Notes under the pieces: generated by a model
The model's input: the letters and a program-made list of their open reading frames with translations, nothing else
What the model was told of the DNA's origin: nothing
Database searches by the model: none
Program-made: the position numbers and the translations under genes
In this document: piece after piece, positions 50,760 to 63,849 of the stretch
Layout: each line of letters opens with the position of its first letter
Numbering within the stretch: the first letter of the stretch is position 1
From: Cycas panzhihuaensis
Lineage: Eukaryota > Plantae > Cycadophyta
Length of the DNA: 64,000 bases
Direction of reading: 5' to 3'
Assembly (NCBI GenBank): GCA_023213395.1
Contig: CM041465.1
Span: 154,635,741-154,699,740 of the forward strand

Positions 50760-53700
50760 TTGATATTGAGATCATGTTGAAACTGTTCAAACCTAGGTTT
50801 GCTAAGTACTTTGGTAAAGGTGTTTACAACCTAGTTCTCAGTTGGTCATAAATGTGATCTACTTCTCTGTCTTGAACATGGTCTCGATGAAGTGATGTTG
50901 GACCTCAACATGATTGGTTCTAGCATGGAAGACTGAATTCATCATCATCTTTAACATACTCTAATTGTCACATTAAAGAGTTATAGTTATAGTTTATTAA
51001 AGTCTAAGCTTAGTGAGAATCTTTCTAAGCTAAATCAACTCTGTAGTGGCATAAATAATTACTTTAGGTAAGAGTAATATTTAGCTACTTCTTATAATTC
51101 AAAGAGACTACAGTTGAATTTGTATTAAAATAATATCTTGAAGTTGAATGGCAAGTGTCTTGGCAACCTGCCTAGTTAGCATTTGTATGTCCTTTTAGGA
51201 TAGGAGACTAGTTTAGTTATAATTAAGTCTAAATTGATATGTGCTACAAATGTATTTAAGAATCCTCATTACAACATTCTAATGGGATGCTTTGGGTTTT
51301 CATATATACCTAGAATATATCCCTATTACATAGAGATGTCTAGTCGAGTGTGGGTAATGTAAATGAGACTCCCAACTAACTACTAGTCTAAGGTGGAATC
51401 AAATGGCTTCCCTTGCTCGTTGAAGTTTACCTTAGTTCCTTTTTCCATGGGAATTATTACTAGCTTATAATCTATCATCCTAAATCTTTACAAGAGTTCA
51501 ATGGTATATTTTGATTAAGATAGAAAGATGTTACCTAGTTCTTGCTAAACTTTAATTTTAAGGAAATAGTCAAGTAATCTAAGATTTGTGACCTTAAAGT
51601 CATTTTTTAGTTTTGACTATAACCACGGTATACCTTAAATGTCATTACCTATGATTGCTAAGTCATCTATATAAAGAACAATGATGGTAATCAAGTTTTC
51701 TCTAACCTGAATATATAAATCAAGGTTAAAGGATGAACGATTGAATCCATGTTAAGTGAGGAAGGCATTAATGTTTATATACTAGGTATATGGTACATGC
51801 TTTAATCTATACAATGCTTTCTTGAATTTACAAACAAAGTGTTCTTTACTTAGAATAATATAGCTAGGAGGTTACTTCAAGAAAACCTCTTCTGTGAGCT
51901 CTTCATTAAGGAAAGCACTCTTCATATCCATTTGGTAAGATGGCCAATTAAATTGGGCTATTAGTGATATTACTAAATGGAATGTGATCATGTTAGCTAT
52001 CAGTGCAAAGGTCTCACTATAGTCTATCCCATCTTACTATCTAAAACCTTTTATAATAAGATAAGCTTTGTGACACTCAATGATGTTGTCTACATGGAAT
52101 TTAGTTTTATAAAGTTATCTATAATCCATTACCTTTTCTCTAAGTGGTAATTTTGTCAATTCCTTAGTTTCATTTTTAAGGATGGAGTTCATCTCCCCAT
52201 CTATGGCTACTTTCTATGTTTGGTCTTTGACTACCTCCTCAAATGTGGAAGGCTTAGGGGTTTCTAAGACATGTACCATTAAGGCAAAAATAGCATAATG
52301 TCTCATCTTTGATGGCATTTTGGCAATTGTGGGAGGATCAGGAGTATCCTTTAATAATTATTGAACCCACTTAGAGGATGGTTGAATATTGATGGCTTCT
52401 ATTTGAAGGTCATCAACTAAAATAAGTGGCATAGTTATGGTTACTTTTATTGTAGAAGTGGAGATTATTGGAATTGATCAAGGACCTAATGTATAGGATG
52501 AGGTTAGTGCTAGTGGCTCTAGAATAGATGCAAGGGGCACTTGATATATACCAACTTCATCTATTGTTACAAACTAAATTTGAGGTGAATTTAGGTTCTA
52601 TATATCTTCTACAAAGATGATATTCTAAGTTGCGTATGCTTGGTTTCCAACAATATCGAACATCTTGTAAGCTTTATAACTAAGTACATAGCTAAGGAAG
52701 ATACACTTAAGGCTTTTATCATTAAGCTTCTTTCTATTTTCCTTTAGAATAAGTTTGTATTCTATGCATCTAAATGTTTTCAAATGTGCAATTGTTGGTT
52801 TAAGTTATGTCCAAGCTTCCTGAGGAGTGATATTCCTAACAACCACAATGGGACTCATATTGATTAAATATGCAGTAGTCATAATTACATCAAACCAAAA
52901 TATAGTAGTGAGATTTATAGAACTAAGCATGACTTTTCCTTTATTTACCAATATTTAGTTCATTCTCTAGGCTACATAGTTTTGTTGTGGTGTATAACAT
53001 GCTAAAAATTATTATTTAATGTTATGTTCTTTACAGGAATTGGTGAATTGAATGGGAATGAATTTTCCATGATTATCAGATTTAAGTATCTTGATGGTCA
53101 TGCCACTCTCAATTTCTACCTCAGCTTTGAACTCCTTGAATTTATCCACGGCTTGGCATTTTTTTATTAAGAAGTAAATCCATACTTTCCTAGAATAATC
53201 ATCTATAAATACCATGAAATATAGGTTACTATTGAGTGATTATACTAATATAGATCTACAAATATCTGAGTGGACCGACTCCAATGGTTGGGAGGGTTTC
53301 CATTCATTCTTAAATGGGAATTTTTCTCTTTGTTGTTTTCCTACAAGGAATGCCTCATAAGTGCTACTATATCTCTTAATCTTAGGTAAGCCATATATCA
53401 TATAAAGCCTTGACATGAGGTTCAAACTCTATATATTTAAATGAACTAGGCGTTGATGCCATAACTAGTCTCTAATGTTATTTGAGGTAACTTGTTTATA
53501 TGAGTAGGAACATTCACTTGGTTCTTGGATAGAAGTTTGGTCCTCTACCATGATCTCTTTACCCTTATTAAGTTGTTTATTTTGGGCCATTGAGTAGGAT
53601 TTTGGTGGTGGATTAGTGGCTAAAAGGACACCATTAAGCTTGTATAAGCTATTTCTTCATGTCCTATTTCTATAATTTGTTCAATTCTATGATCTATGAT

Positions 53701-55407
53701 GGTGTAGATCTCTTGACTAAAGAGGAAATCTAATTTCTACTTATTGATTTAGTTGACTGAAAGTATATTCATTTTCTTGCCTAAAACTAAGAATACATTA
53801 TTGATATGATACCTTATATTGGAGTCTTTCAATGCTATAGGATCCCTTCTAATTTTAATCACATCATATGCCAAGTTGTCACCAAATATGACTATTTATG
53901 TGTTAATTGGGTAGATCTCCTCTAATATATCTTCTGTGCCAGTCATGTGTTAGTGGTACCTTAGTCAAGAAGCTATGAGTTATTATTGTACCAAGATGAT
54001 AATGCTACATAGAACAAGTTTTAAGAGGAGGTATCTTGTGTGTCTACCACATGGCCTCCTTATTGATTGTTAGTAATGGTCCTTTGATTCTTAGGTAGAA
54101 ACCATTACATGTTCTCTTGTTATTAACTCTGATTGGGTCTTTGGTTCTAATTTGGTTGATAGAATTAGCCTGGTTATTGAAATGCTGGTCTCCTTATGGA
54201 TAGATAGGGCCTCCTTGTTATGAAATAAGGACTTTGTACTAGAAGTAAGAGGCTTTTTATTATAGAATGAGACCTCCTTATTAAGGGCTTGGTCCTCCTT
54301 GTTGGTAACTTGGTCCTTCTTATTGATAGCTTTGATCACCTTATTAAAAGTTCAGTGCTCCTTGTAGATAATATAGGACTCTTGTTTAATAATATAGGGT
54401 TACTTATTGGAAGTTAGGCCCATAAGGTTGGCTTTCTTGATTTTGTAATATTTGGAGATCAACCTGTCATCTCCTATATTCAAGAGTAAGGTGACTAGTT
54501 TTCCCATAGTATAAGTAAGTCATATTAGGTCTACTCTGCTAATTCCTTTTTGCTTGAGGATGTGGTGGTTGTTGGGGCTATTGAGGTTGTTGACCTTGAT
54601 AGGAGGACATGCCAACATAATATGGTTAATGTTGAGTTGGTGGCAAATTTGTCTCTTGTGAGATGTCTAAGGAGTTTAATTATTAAGCAAGACTTTAAAG
54701 TTCGATGGGCTGCTAAGTTAGTCATTATATAGTTTTATCCCTCTATGAGTTTTGGATTACAAATATAGGGGTTGAGTTAGAGCTAGATGTTACTATTAAT
54801 CGATTAATAATATTTTCCTCCATTAGAAGGAGTCCTTCAAAGGTGATAAAATATATTTTAGTGTAGTTATCATGGAGTTTAGAAATAAAACTATTGTATT
54901 CTATTGGAAGGATATTAAGAATGTTGGATATGAGGTCATGGTCTGATGGAAGTTATCTTAGGATTATTAGTTGACTTCTAGTGGTATTTACTTTAGTTAA
55001 ATGGGTTGTAAAATTTTTTACAAAGGGAATAGTAAGTAGACATATTTTGAGAGTTAGGGATCTTAACTCATTCTTCCTCTCATAAAGAGCACAAAGGATG
55101 ATCCATGCTTCATGAGAGGTTTGTGATGTTTCTATATTATGGTCTACTTAGTCTTTTACCACCAAGTGGAGGAAGGATAAGGCTATATTATCCTTAGCTT
55201 TAAAGTTATCTAAAATAATGGGATAGGCTACAATTATAATGTTAGAATCATTAGGGTCTTGGGTTGGTCTAGGTAGGGGATATCACCATCGATATAACCC
55301 TAATAGCCATTCATAATGAGTAGGTTTTCTACTTATTCATTCCAAGTAATAAAGTCATTAAGACCATTATGTTTGATAGTGTTTGATTAAAGCATTTGTA
55401 ATTCCAT
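50760..55407 (-). pseudogene. Copia gag-pol (minus strand), heavily decayed, with heptad repeat in gag
   Basis: ATG at 55407 (-). Domain order gag-PR-IN-RT-RH read leftwards. IVLYIDDL ~51660-51685. VNTFTKVL ~50805-50830. Confidence 0.85.
54180..54415 (-). repeat. Degenerate 21-bp minisatellite (~11 units) in Copia gag
   Basis: Units such as caataagaaggaccaagttac and caacaaggaggaccaagccct on the minus strand, with strict 21-nt periodicity. Confidence 0.75.
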
Positions 55408-55597
55408 TTCTAAGTGTCTTTTAGTTTTGGATTTTAAGTTGTAAGTGCTTGTGTACTATTCTACCTAGGGGCTACTAACTTAGAGTTCTAAGTTTTAGAG
55501 TCTCAAAGAAAGCTCTTAGTTATTATCTTATCTAGTGATGTTTGCCTACAACTAGAAAACTAAGGACCCTATGTACCAGTATATGAGATTAAGGCTC

Positions 55598-57377
55598 TAT
55601 ATACCTTAGTACATGGACTATTAAAAAGGTTAAAGTCCCCCCTTAATTTATGGATACACCTATGCCAGATTTATACCTAGTGACACATCTAGCGGTGAGA
55701 ACTTAACAACTAAGGAACTCACCCCCTCCAAGTCTAGCCTACTCTTTAAACACCAAAGGATAGTTTACCACCTCAGCCTACTGCTTTATACACCTTATAG
55801 CTAATAGTTTTCTCAATAAATTAGAGAAATACTAAAGATGTGTATAGAATAATAACTTCAGGGGTCCTAATTGTTCCCCTTACAAGGCTATTATAATTGT
55901 CCTATTAATTCAGGATTATCTTGATTAATGTTTTAAGTTAAAGATAAATTTTAAGATGATCTTGTTTATAAATCAAGTTTATTTTAATAACAAAAGCTAA
56001 AAAATGGAAGGAAATGTAAGAAATTAAAGGGTAAAGAAGGGTTTAGTGAACTCTTTAAGAGAACTTGATCTAAGAATATCTACGATCTAAAAATATCTAC
56101 CTCAACCTCTAAGGAGAACACTTACAATAACCAACCACAAGTACTTTATTAGCCCAAAAAATAGATTATAACAACTAACTAACAATTAACAATAGTATAT
56201 AGTAGCAAAAAGCCTTATGAAAAATTGAATTTAGGCCTTCAAATGATGAGAAAAGGCTAAAAAAATGCTTAAATAAATAGCCCAACTTTAGCAACCTAAA
56301 ACTCATCAAAGTGAACTTAAATTAAACTAAAACTAGATTTAAATTATAGCTCTCTAAATTATCTTTCTAACAATTTAAATGACACCTAATTTTAACCCAC
56401 AATTTGAAAGCTATGAGGAAAATTATAATATGTACTCTTTATGCTATAAAATTATGAGGATTGAGCTTAATCCCCCTTGGAACTTGGCTCCTAGTCATTG
56501 AATTATAGCATGTGACCAACAATTGAGGTAACTAAGGGGCTATAGACTTCAAAATACTATGAAATATAGCCTAATATTTTTGCAAATTCAAATATTATAG
56601 AGGATAATTAATCTTTTCTGAGATCCAACCCTTTATGATAAGAATATGGTTATATGGATGCTCAATATGATTATATTAGAGACCCTTTAGATTGAATTTT
56701 AATCAAAAGTTTAAATTTAACTTAATACCACTTAACTTTATTAAAAATAAAGTAAAAACATGTCAAAAAAAAAGAATATTTGTCATGAAGCTCCATGGCT
56801 TGCACATGGAGGACGAGGAACGTTTGGCATCTCGTACACTCGAATGCAACCCCAAAATTGATCAAACTTGACTATACTTATTTTGAATCTCTTCTACAAG
56901 TTGTGGTACCCTATTTTGAGTATATTCAGAGCCTCAATGGAGAGAAATGAGGTTACCAAAGCTCGTGGAGGTTGTACAAATGCTTGGGGCTATAAATGGC
57001 TAAATAAACTCATAAATCTCCATGTAATTACTTGTAACAAGGTCTAAGCAACCTTAGAGGACTATAGGAATCGATAGATATTCATTTGGAAGTAATATGT
57101 GACTAACACAAATGAGTTAGGGGTGGAAAAAGGGCCAAATTGGATTCATTTCAACCAAAATTAGAGTCGTGAACTTCGTGGTCTATAACAAGTCTAAAAC
57201 ATAGTAAATACATATTGATACAAACTAATAATCACTAGTAATGGCTTTAGATTAACTGGTGACCACCTAATGTTAAGAGAAAACTTGAAAAAACATGGGA
57301 ATAAGGTGCCATTATATGCAAATGGACCTCTATTTCTCACTTGTTCCTTAAAGAAACAACAAATGGAGTATGTAATA
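55598..57377 (-). mobile_element. ~1.78-kb solo LTR (Ogre/Tat-like) inserted into the Copia PBS
   Basis: Minus-strand termini TATTACATAC...GGTATATA (decayed TG..CA). Flanks gctc/gccc. Removal restores ggctc+cggtacca, the reverse complement of a tggtatcagagcc-like PBS adjacent to the 5' LTR. Confidence 0.65.
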
Positions 57378-57809
57378 GCCCCGGTACCATTAAAAAACTA
57401 TTTCAGGATCTAAATACTATGTGCATCCATTAAAATATAATGTAAACTATTGAAATAATGAAATAATCATTCACAAAAGAGTATAACTAAGGTATGTAAA
57501 TGTTCATTCATGAATTTATCACACTGTGAGGCTCAAATCTGGCAGAGCTTCTACATTACTAAAGAATCAATGTACAAACTATAGGGAAAATGCTCAATAT
57601 ATAGGTAATTTACCCATATTTACAAAGAATTAATTGGTTGACATGTCGACACAAGCAGCATACCCAATATATTTACAAATTATAATTGAATTACAAAGGG
57701 GTCATGCCTAAAGTACATCAACATACACATATACATTTATATTATAAGGTAATGAAGGTGACATTATAAGTTTTAACACTATTTGAAGAATTTCATGATG
57801 TATTAAAAT

Positions 57810-58300
57810 TTCCAAAATATTGATCACTTAAGAAGTTGAATTATTATAATCTTACTTGCCCTATCAAGGCACAACCCACCCTTCTCTTAAGCCATATTTC
57901 GAGGGTAACATGCACTAATCTGAAATGAGGATAAACTACTTTATGCTTTGAAAAGAGCATAAACTACAACAAAATCCTCTATGAGTATAAATTGGATTGA
58001 TACTTTATAATGAACATAAAACCATTAATGTTCCATCAAGGGCTAAACTGAAAAACCTTTTCTAAATCCATTATTGCTAAAGAGATTAAAATATAGTGGC
58101 CCAATAATAATAGGTACAAGCCAAAAATTCCTTTTGAATCAATTATTAAAGAGGTTAAAGTATGTTATTCAAATCATTTCAATACTTCATGCTTATTATA
58201 ATATGTCAATCCCATATGCCTATCATAGAATCCAATATTCTATTATGAGCATAACCCTCCCTTTAGGTAGTACCCATAGGGGAACTAAACTCCTTTAAGA
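57810..58300 (-). pseudogene. Possible LINE ORF1 (DUF4283-like) fragment
   Basis: Weak minus-strand motifs (..SL*Q*WI.., NGFMFI, HVTLEIW....LIGQV) in shifting frames. Confidence 0.3.
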
Positions 58301-59099
58301 GTATAAACTAGCCTTAAATATTTACATGGGTATAAACTATCATTTGTAAATAGTATTTGAAAAAAAAAAAAATTAACTACAAAACCCTAAAAATACATAA
58401 ATAAATATATTTATGTATATATATCCAAGTTAACCAACTCAAAAATTGAGAATAAACTAGTTTTTATCATAAAAATATTAGGTGTATATCATATGTAGTG
58501 TAAAATAATTCACATTATATCAAATAAATGCCCTCACTACTTGGTAGTAATATATACTATGACATGTTGTACATAGGCAAAAAATGAGTCAATATCCATG
58601 TTGCAAACATTTCTTTGCATAACAACTCATAAGTAACCAATACATTACTAAAATTAGCAAAATAAGATGAAAAATAAAAAAATGGAGTATGTTTGTGTAT
58701 CTTGTGAAGTTCTTTGTCTATCTTGTGGCTGACTAAGTGTACCATGGAGATCTCCATGGTATCATAAAAAGTAACTTTATAATACCGCAAAAAACTTTAT
58801 AGTACCAAACACAACAATAAAAAAATAAAAAAGTGACTAAGAAAATTATAAAGATTCATCACTCAGTCTAAAGTTAATTTATCCAAAGCCATTGGGGTAT
58901 TAAATTACCCTTATTTAGCCATAAACAATGGTCTAATTAGACCTCATTTAATCAAAAGGATGTATATAGGAAAACTTGTTAAAAATACCTTTAAGGTATA
59001 TATTAATCATCACAATTAATATGTAACATGTGAAAAATTATTTTGAGGTAATCCTCCCTAGCATATTATTCATGAGTACTTAGACTACCTAGTACTTGC

Positions 59100-59480
59100 C
59101 CTTCATAGGCCCTCATGCTCACAATGCTTTTTCAAGTTTTCAAAAGGCCATCTACTACCCTACAAAATAGTCGACTTTACCAATGCATAACCTAAAACAT
59201 GAGGAGCCATTTAGTAGCTTGCTCATATGATATACTTCTTAACAAAAGTCTCAATAGATCCATGTTATAGAAGGTGGTCCAGTTTATCATGGTAACCTTT
59301 TTTAAGGCCCCTTATCCACTTATTTACCAAATAAAAAGTGCTTAGAGTTATCTTGTATGAACTAGCCAAATTCCCCTAATGGTTTAATCCTGATGACCTT
59401 ATCTGAAGGTTCTTATGATGACTTACTTTATTAAATAAACACTATCACTTATCAGTTAACTTGGTCCCCATGAGCAGGCT
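59100..59480 (-). pseudogene. Possible Gypsy gag fragment
   Basis: Minus-strand DKLDHLL(Q)HGSIETFVKKY resembles the retrotransposon gag L.Q.GSV..Y motif. Confidence 0.3.
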
Positions 59481-59503
59481 CATCATTGTAGCATCTTCTC
59501 ATG

Positions 59504-59558
<55 letters not shown>
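59504..59558. repeat. Compound microsatellite (CT)n(AT)n
   Basis: Directly visible. Confidence 0.95.
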
Positions 59559-59561
<3 letters not shown>

Positions 59562-62517
59562 CAAAAAAGAAAATATATATATGTACCAGAAAAATATATA
59601 ACCAAAAAAATATTAAAAAGTATTATTAATATGTACATAGATCTCTTACTATCTTTTTGGTATATAGGGTAAGTTATGTATCAAATTCCTTTCCACTTGT
59701 AATACTCAATTTAGATATAGATGTATGGGTTATTTAAGACCTTCAAATCTACTTGATTATGTCTATTTATCCTTAATTATGATCAAAATGTACTTAACAA
59801 TTTGAGGGATAAAATCAACTCTAAATTTTACCATAGCATTAATACCAAGCCACTCATGGGATCCATTTTTCAACCTATTTTCTAGTCAAAGTTGAGCACA
59901 CAAGATTAAGACCTTATCGTTTCGATCAATTCATACTTTGTTCTACTTATACATTAAATTCTCTAAGTTATTATTGCATTGATCATCCATACTAACAAAG
60001 GAAGTCATCAGAACCCTGGCCTTTCTATTATACCCTAGACCATCACAGACCAAGTAGGATATGTCTTGACTTATTCTAGGATTTACTTACCTATATCAAA
60101 CAATAATACTATTAAGTACATTACTATCACTGAAGATTTAATTGATGCATTACAAGTCTATTATGTCCCTATCCTACTACTTTTTGCCTCTTAGCTAGTT
60201 ATTTGTTAGCTTAACCAGGTTTATTAAGCTCTCTACCCTTAATTATGCATCCTTACTGACTAGGTTAGGTCACTTTTATCCTAGTTCTCATTGATTAATA
60301 TCCAACATGTTCCATAAGGACAAAGCATTGAAATAAATTCACTTATTGCTTTCATTCTTGAACAATGTCTACCATAGATGGGTGTTCCTCCTTAAGGCTA
60401 CTAAGCCTATTGACAAAGTTGAGCTAATGTGGTATCTTTCTCTTTGATTCCTGTTAGATCTTTAAATGATGTTAAACTATTTAATGCTTTACTAAGAGTT
60501 TAAACTAGAACTATTGCTCTAAAATAAGGGTAGATTACCTTATAAATATGTAAATATCAACCTTATTGTGTCTAATTAAAAGGGGAAATCCCCTTGTATC
60601 TTCCTCTATTTAGTTCTTTCCTACTTATATTATTTGGAATTCATTTTCTTTTAGTTCATTTGATTTTTTAAAAAATCAAAAAATAAACCAAAAACTATAA
60701 AATAGAAAAATAAAAGACTAAGTATTCACTAAGAGTTTAAACTGGAACAAGCTCTTGAGTGAGTCTAAACTACTATATTGGTTGTAAATGTAATTCCCAT
60801 AATAGTATTCTAAAATAGGTAATCCCTAATGTTCTCCCCATTATGAATTTTCTTTTAGTAGATTTGTTTTAAGTCTTTCTTTTTCTCTCTAGATTGCCAT
60901 TTTATAAAAAGTAATTTAAAAGAAAGAAAACTTAAAACAAGAAAACTAAAAAGACAACCTTCAGATGAGTGTAAATAATTCCTAGCTCTAAAACTTAATC
61001 ATTAATAAAGTTAATCTATGGTAATCATCATCAACTTCTGAGTCCATACCCTCTAACATTCAAGGCAACTTGTCTTATACCCAAGGTTAAAATTTAGCTC
61101 TAACATAAGCCTAAATAACTCCTCCATCGAAGGGCACTCAAGGCTAAACTAAGATGATAACTCTTAGCTTTAGATCCCAAGGACTCTTAACTTTTAATCC
61201 CAATCACTGACCACTAAGGCAACCCCTTAGGTGCTTAGGACTACTCCAAAAATAGTCACTAAATAGGATAAATTATGGTAATGTATTTCTATTTGTTTAG
61301 GCTTTGGCATGGTTATCAAGCTTATCATGGTTTGGTTGGGTTATAAGCTTGACCTATGTCCTATTTAATAGACTTATGAAATTATTATTGATGGGGTTAA
61401 ATGTAGCATATCTGCCCAAGGTTATCTTTGTAAACATGTTGAAAAAGATAGTTAAGAGAATAGATAGAGCACTTTTATTAACTTTGGAGATACATATTAT
61501 AAAATATCTCATACAATTGACACAAATGAGCACTAAAGGAGTATTACTATACTCTCTTAAGAAAGGAAATTATGATAAATAATTCTTTACAAGTAATCTC
61601 TAACACTTAAATAGACAAAAGAGGGTATCTCTTTAGAAATCCTATTAGCAACCCTAATGACCTTATATATGATTGGAGGGCTTAGTTTCCCATGTATAAA
61701 ACATAATAACTAACATCAGCACTTAACCCTTTGATGGTTTCCACATGCTAGTTACTTATTTTTCTTCAGAAGATGGAGTTATGTTATAGCTTTCCCCCTT
61801 TGAGATGTTGAGCCCTCAAAGTGTTGGAGGTGAGGATGTTGTTGGACAAACTCTTAAGATCCAAAAGTCACTTTGTATGCATCATAACCAACCCATTATA
61901 CCAAATGCTCAAAAATAGTGCAATTTTAGAGGTGGCATTAATGACTAATAAGGATTTAATTTAGTGGGACTATAAGGTTTTAGTCATCATTAAGAATGGG
62001 CTGGGTGTTGTAAGGTGTAACTTTTCTACCCAAGCATTTTTTCAAACAAGAGACATGAAAGACATTATGGATATTCATATTTAAGAGAAGTTCAAGGGCA
62101 TAGGTAACTTTACCAATCTTTTAGAGGACTTTATATAGACTATAATAATGTGGAATTAACTTATAGCCTTGATAAGACTTGAGGCATTTCTATTTATACT
62201 GTTATAGGTGAAGGAACACTAGGTCTCCAATGTCAAATAACTAATTAGATTGGTAGTAATCAATGAGTTACTTCATGTGATTCTATGTAGTGGCTATGTT
62301 TTAGATAAGGTTATGGAGGATTTGGTCCATCTCCTAAAGCTTTTATTCAGTTAAGATAGTTTAAAAATTAATTTCTAAGGTATGGTATTGAGGGAGATGA
62401 TAACTATATAATGCCAAAAATGAGAATATGTAAATGGTTAATTGGTAATATGACTTATACCAATATTCTACCATGGAAAGCTAGGAGATCCACTTAGCTT
62501 AGTATTTTAAGGGAAAG

Positions 62518-62518
<1 letters not shown>

Positions 62519-62578
<60 letters not shown>
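62519..62578. repeat. Compound microsatellite (TA)n(GA)n
   Basis: Directly visible. Confidence 0.95.
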
Positions 62579-62582
<4 letters not shown>

Positions 62583-62769
62583 TTTAAGACCTAATATTGA
62601 CCATTTATTTGAGGATGGTAAGCAGAACTCATGTTGAATGAGGTTCTTATGGCTTTAAAGAATTCTTACCAAAAGGAGCTAGCAAACTTAGGACCTTAAT
62701 CATAAATGATAGTCAAGGGAAATCCATGAAGGCATAAAATAAATTGGAGCTACATGTCAATAAGACAAG

Positions 62770-63215
62770 AATATATATACGAGGTGTGTATTAGGAAGAA
62801 ATATAAATACTTAATTAATCTATCAATGACCACTTAAATAGAGTTAAAACTAATAGACGTAGATAGGCTAGTGATAAAATCCATGGCAATATCTTTCCAT
62901 TTATCTTATAGAAAGTGTATTGGTTGGAGGAGGCCTAATAGGGATTTACTATCTACCTTATTATACTAAAAAATGTCACACTTTGATACAAAGGTAAAGA
63001 TGGTAGGTTTTATGTAGGGTAAAAAGAAATCTATATAATTACATTCATAGGTTATATCAAATTCTAAATGGCCCCTAGGTAAATAGAGTGGTACTCTATT
63101 AAAATTCAAGAGATAAATGAGGAGGATAGGTGTACAAAGATTTAATTCCTAAATAACAAATAGTTTTTGTAGGTTGACAAACCTTTTTAGATGAGAGCCT
63201 TTTTACTCTATTTCC
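62770..63215 (-). pseudogene. Gypsy integrase fragment, same family as the 95..9638 element
   Basis: Minus strand reads FVSKCDIF..GLLQPI..KWKDIAMDFITSL..VVIDRLIKY and aligns with 5455-5532 joined to 7985-8340. Confidence 0.85.
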
Positions 63216-63849
63216 TGGCTACCGAGAATGGACATAGACGAGTTGAATCAGGTAAGTACAAGTATGCTTTTATCCCTTGCCTTTGCAAATTCTAAGAAAG
63301 GCAAATTGAAGCATTTTTTTACACTAAATTGAAGCATTTACTTAGTTCATTTCGTGACTATTATGCATATGTTGCTTGATCATGTTGCATTATACCACTT
63401 CAGCCTATGACAATCTAGGGATATGCATCCCATGGTGCTCCACAACCCTCCTCCACATCTCCACATTGTTCCCAAGTACCAATTGGCTCCTGTAGCCCGA
63501 TCACATCTCTGTTGACACATCTCAACCTCTCAGCACCTTGCCTAGGCATGGTTGGTGTTTCTTCACACGTTTATTAACTTTTTGGGAGCTTCTCGCCTTT
63601 GATATTTCACCTATCGTAGGTTTTCTAGGTCGTATGACTATCTCCTGCCACCTGCATAGAGTGTCATGCCCCTTAGGCCTCAAGCATCCCCTTTTTCCCG
63701 AGCTTCCAAACTTCCTTTTCTTATTTCTTTACCGCACCATGGTAAAGATCGCGGTACCACCGCAAACTTTGTGATACTGCAAACTTTACTGTAGGGCAAC
63801 TATTATTTTCTATTTTTTAAAATATGTCGTGGCTAATTTCATATTTATC

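Larger units (their letters stand above)
50356..57778 (-). mobile_element. Full-length degenerate Ty1/Copia LTR retrotransposon, minus strand
   Basis: LTRs 50356..50744 and 57391..57778. TSD ctctt (50351-50355) / ctatt (57779-57783). Minus-strand integrase ORFs (VFIDDYSRKVW 53012..53215; VHSDIC 53240..53425), RT and RH. PBS split by a solo LTR. Confidence 0.9.
34130..57805 (+). mobile_element. Degenerate Ogre/Tat-type Gypsy element (5' LTR, PBS, gag, protease, start of RT), truncated and carrying nested Copias
   Basis: PBS-like tagcaaccacattagggac (35774-35792; tRNA-Arg type tggcgac..ctggggac with transitions). Retrotrans_gag-like LLKFKG..DLRDHIKAF (~37550). Protease NYNLLLGRPWL (~41185). 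RT start HVELFEEFHDV reconstructed across 50340/57800. The 5' boundary is uncertain. Confidence 0.7.

Noticed and set aside
59504-62578. (CT)n(AT)n and (TA)n(GA)n microsatellites as inverted termini of a 3-kb element
   Set aside because: They are reverse complements, but the flanking sequence shows no inverted similarity or TSD, and such compound SSRs are common.
61700-62790. Possible plus-strand LINE ORF1/ORF2 start
   Set aside because: Only faint motif resemblance (FLPKHFF..), not supportable by eye.
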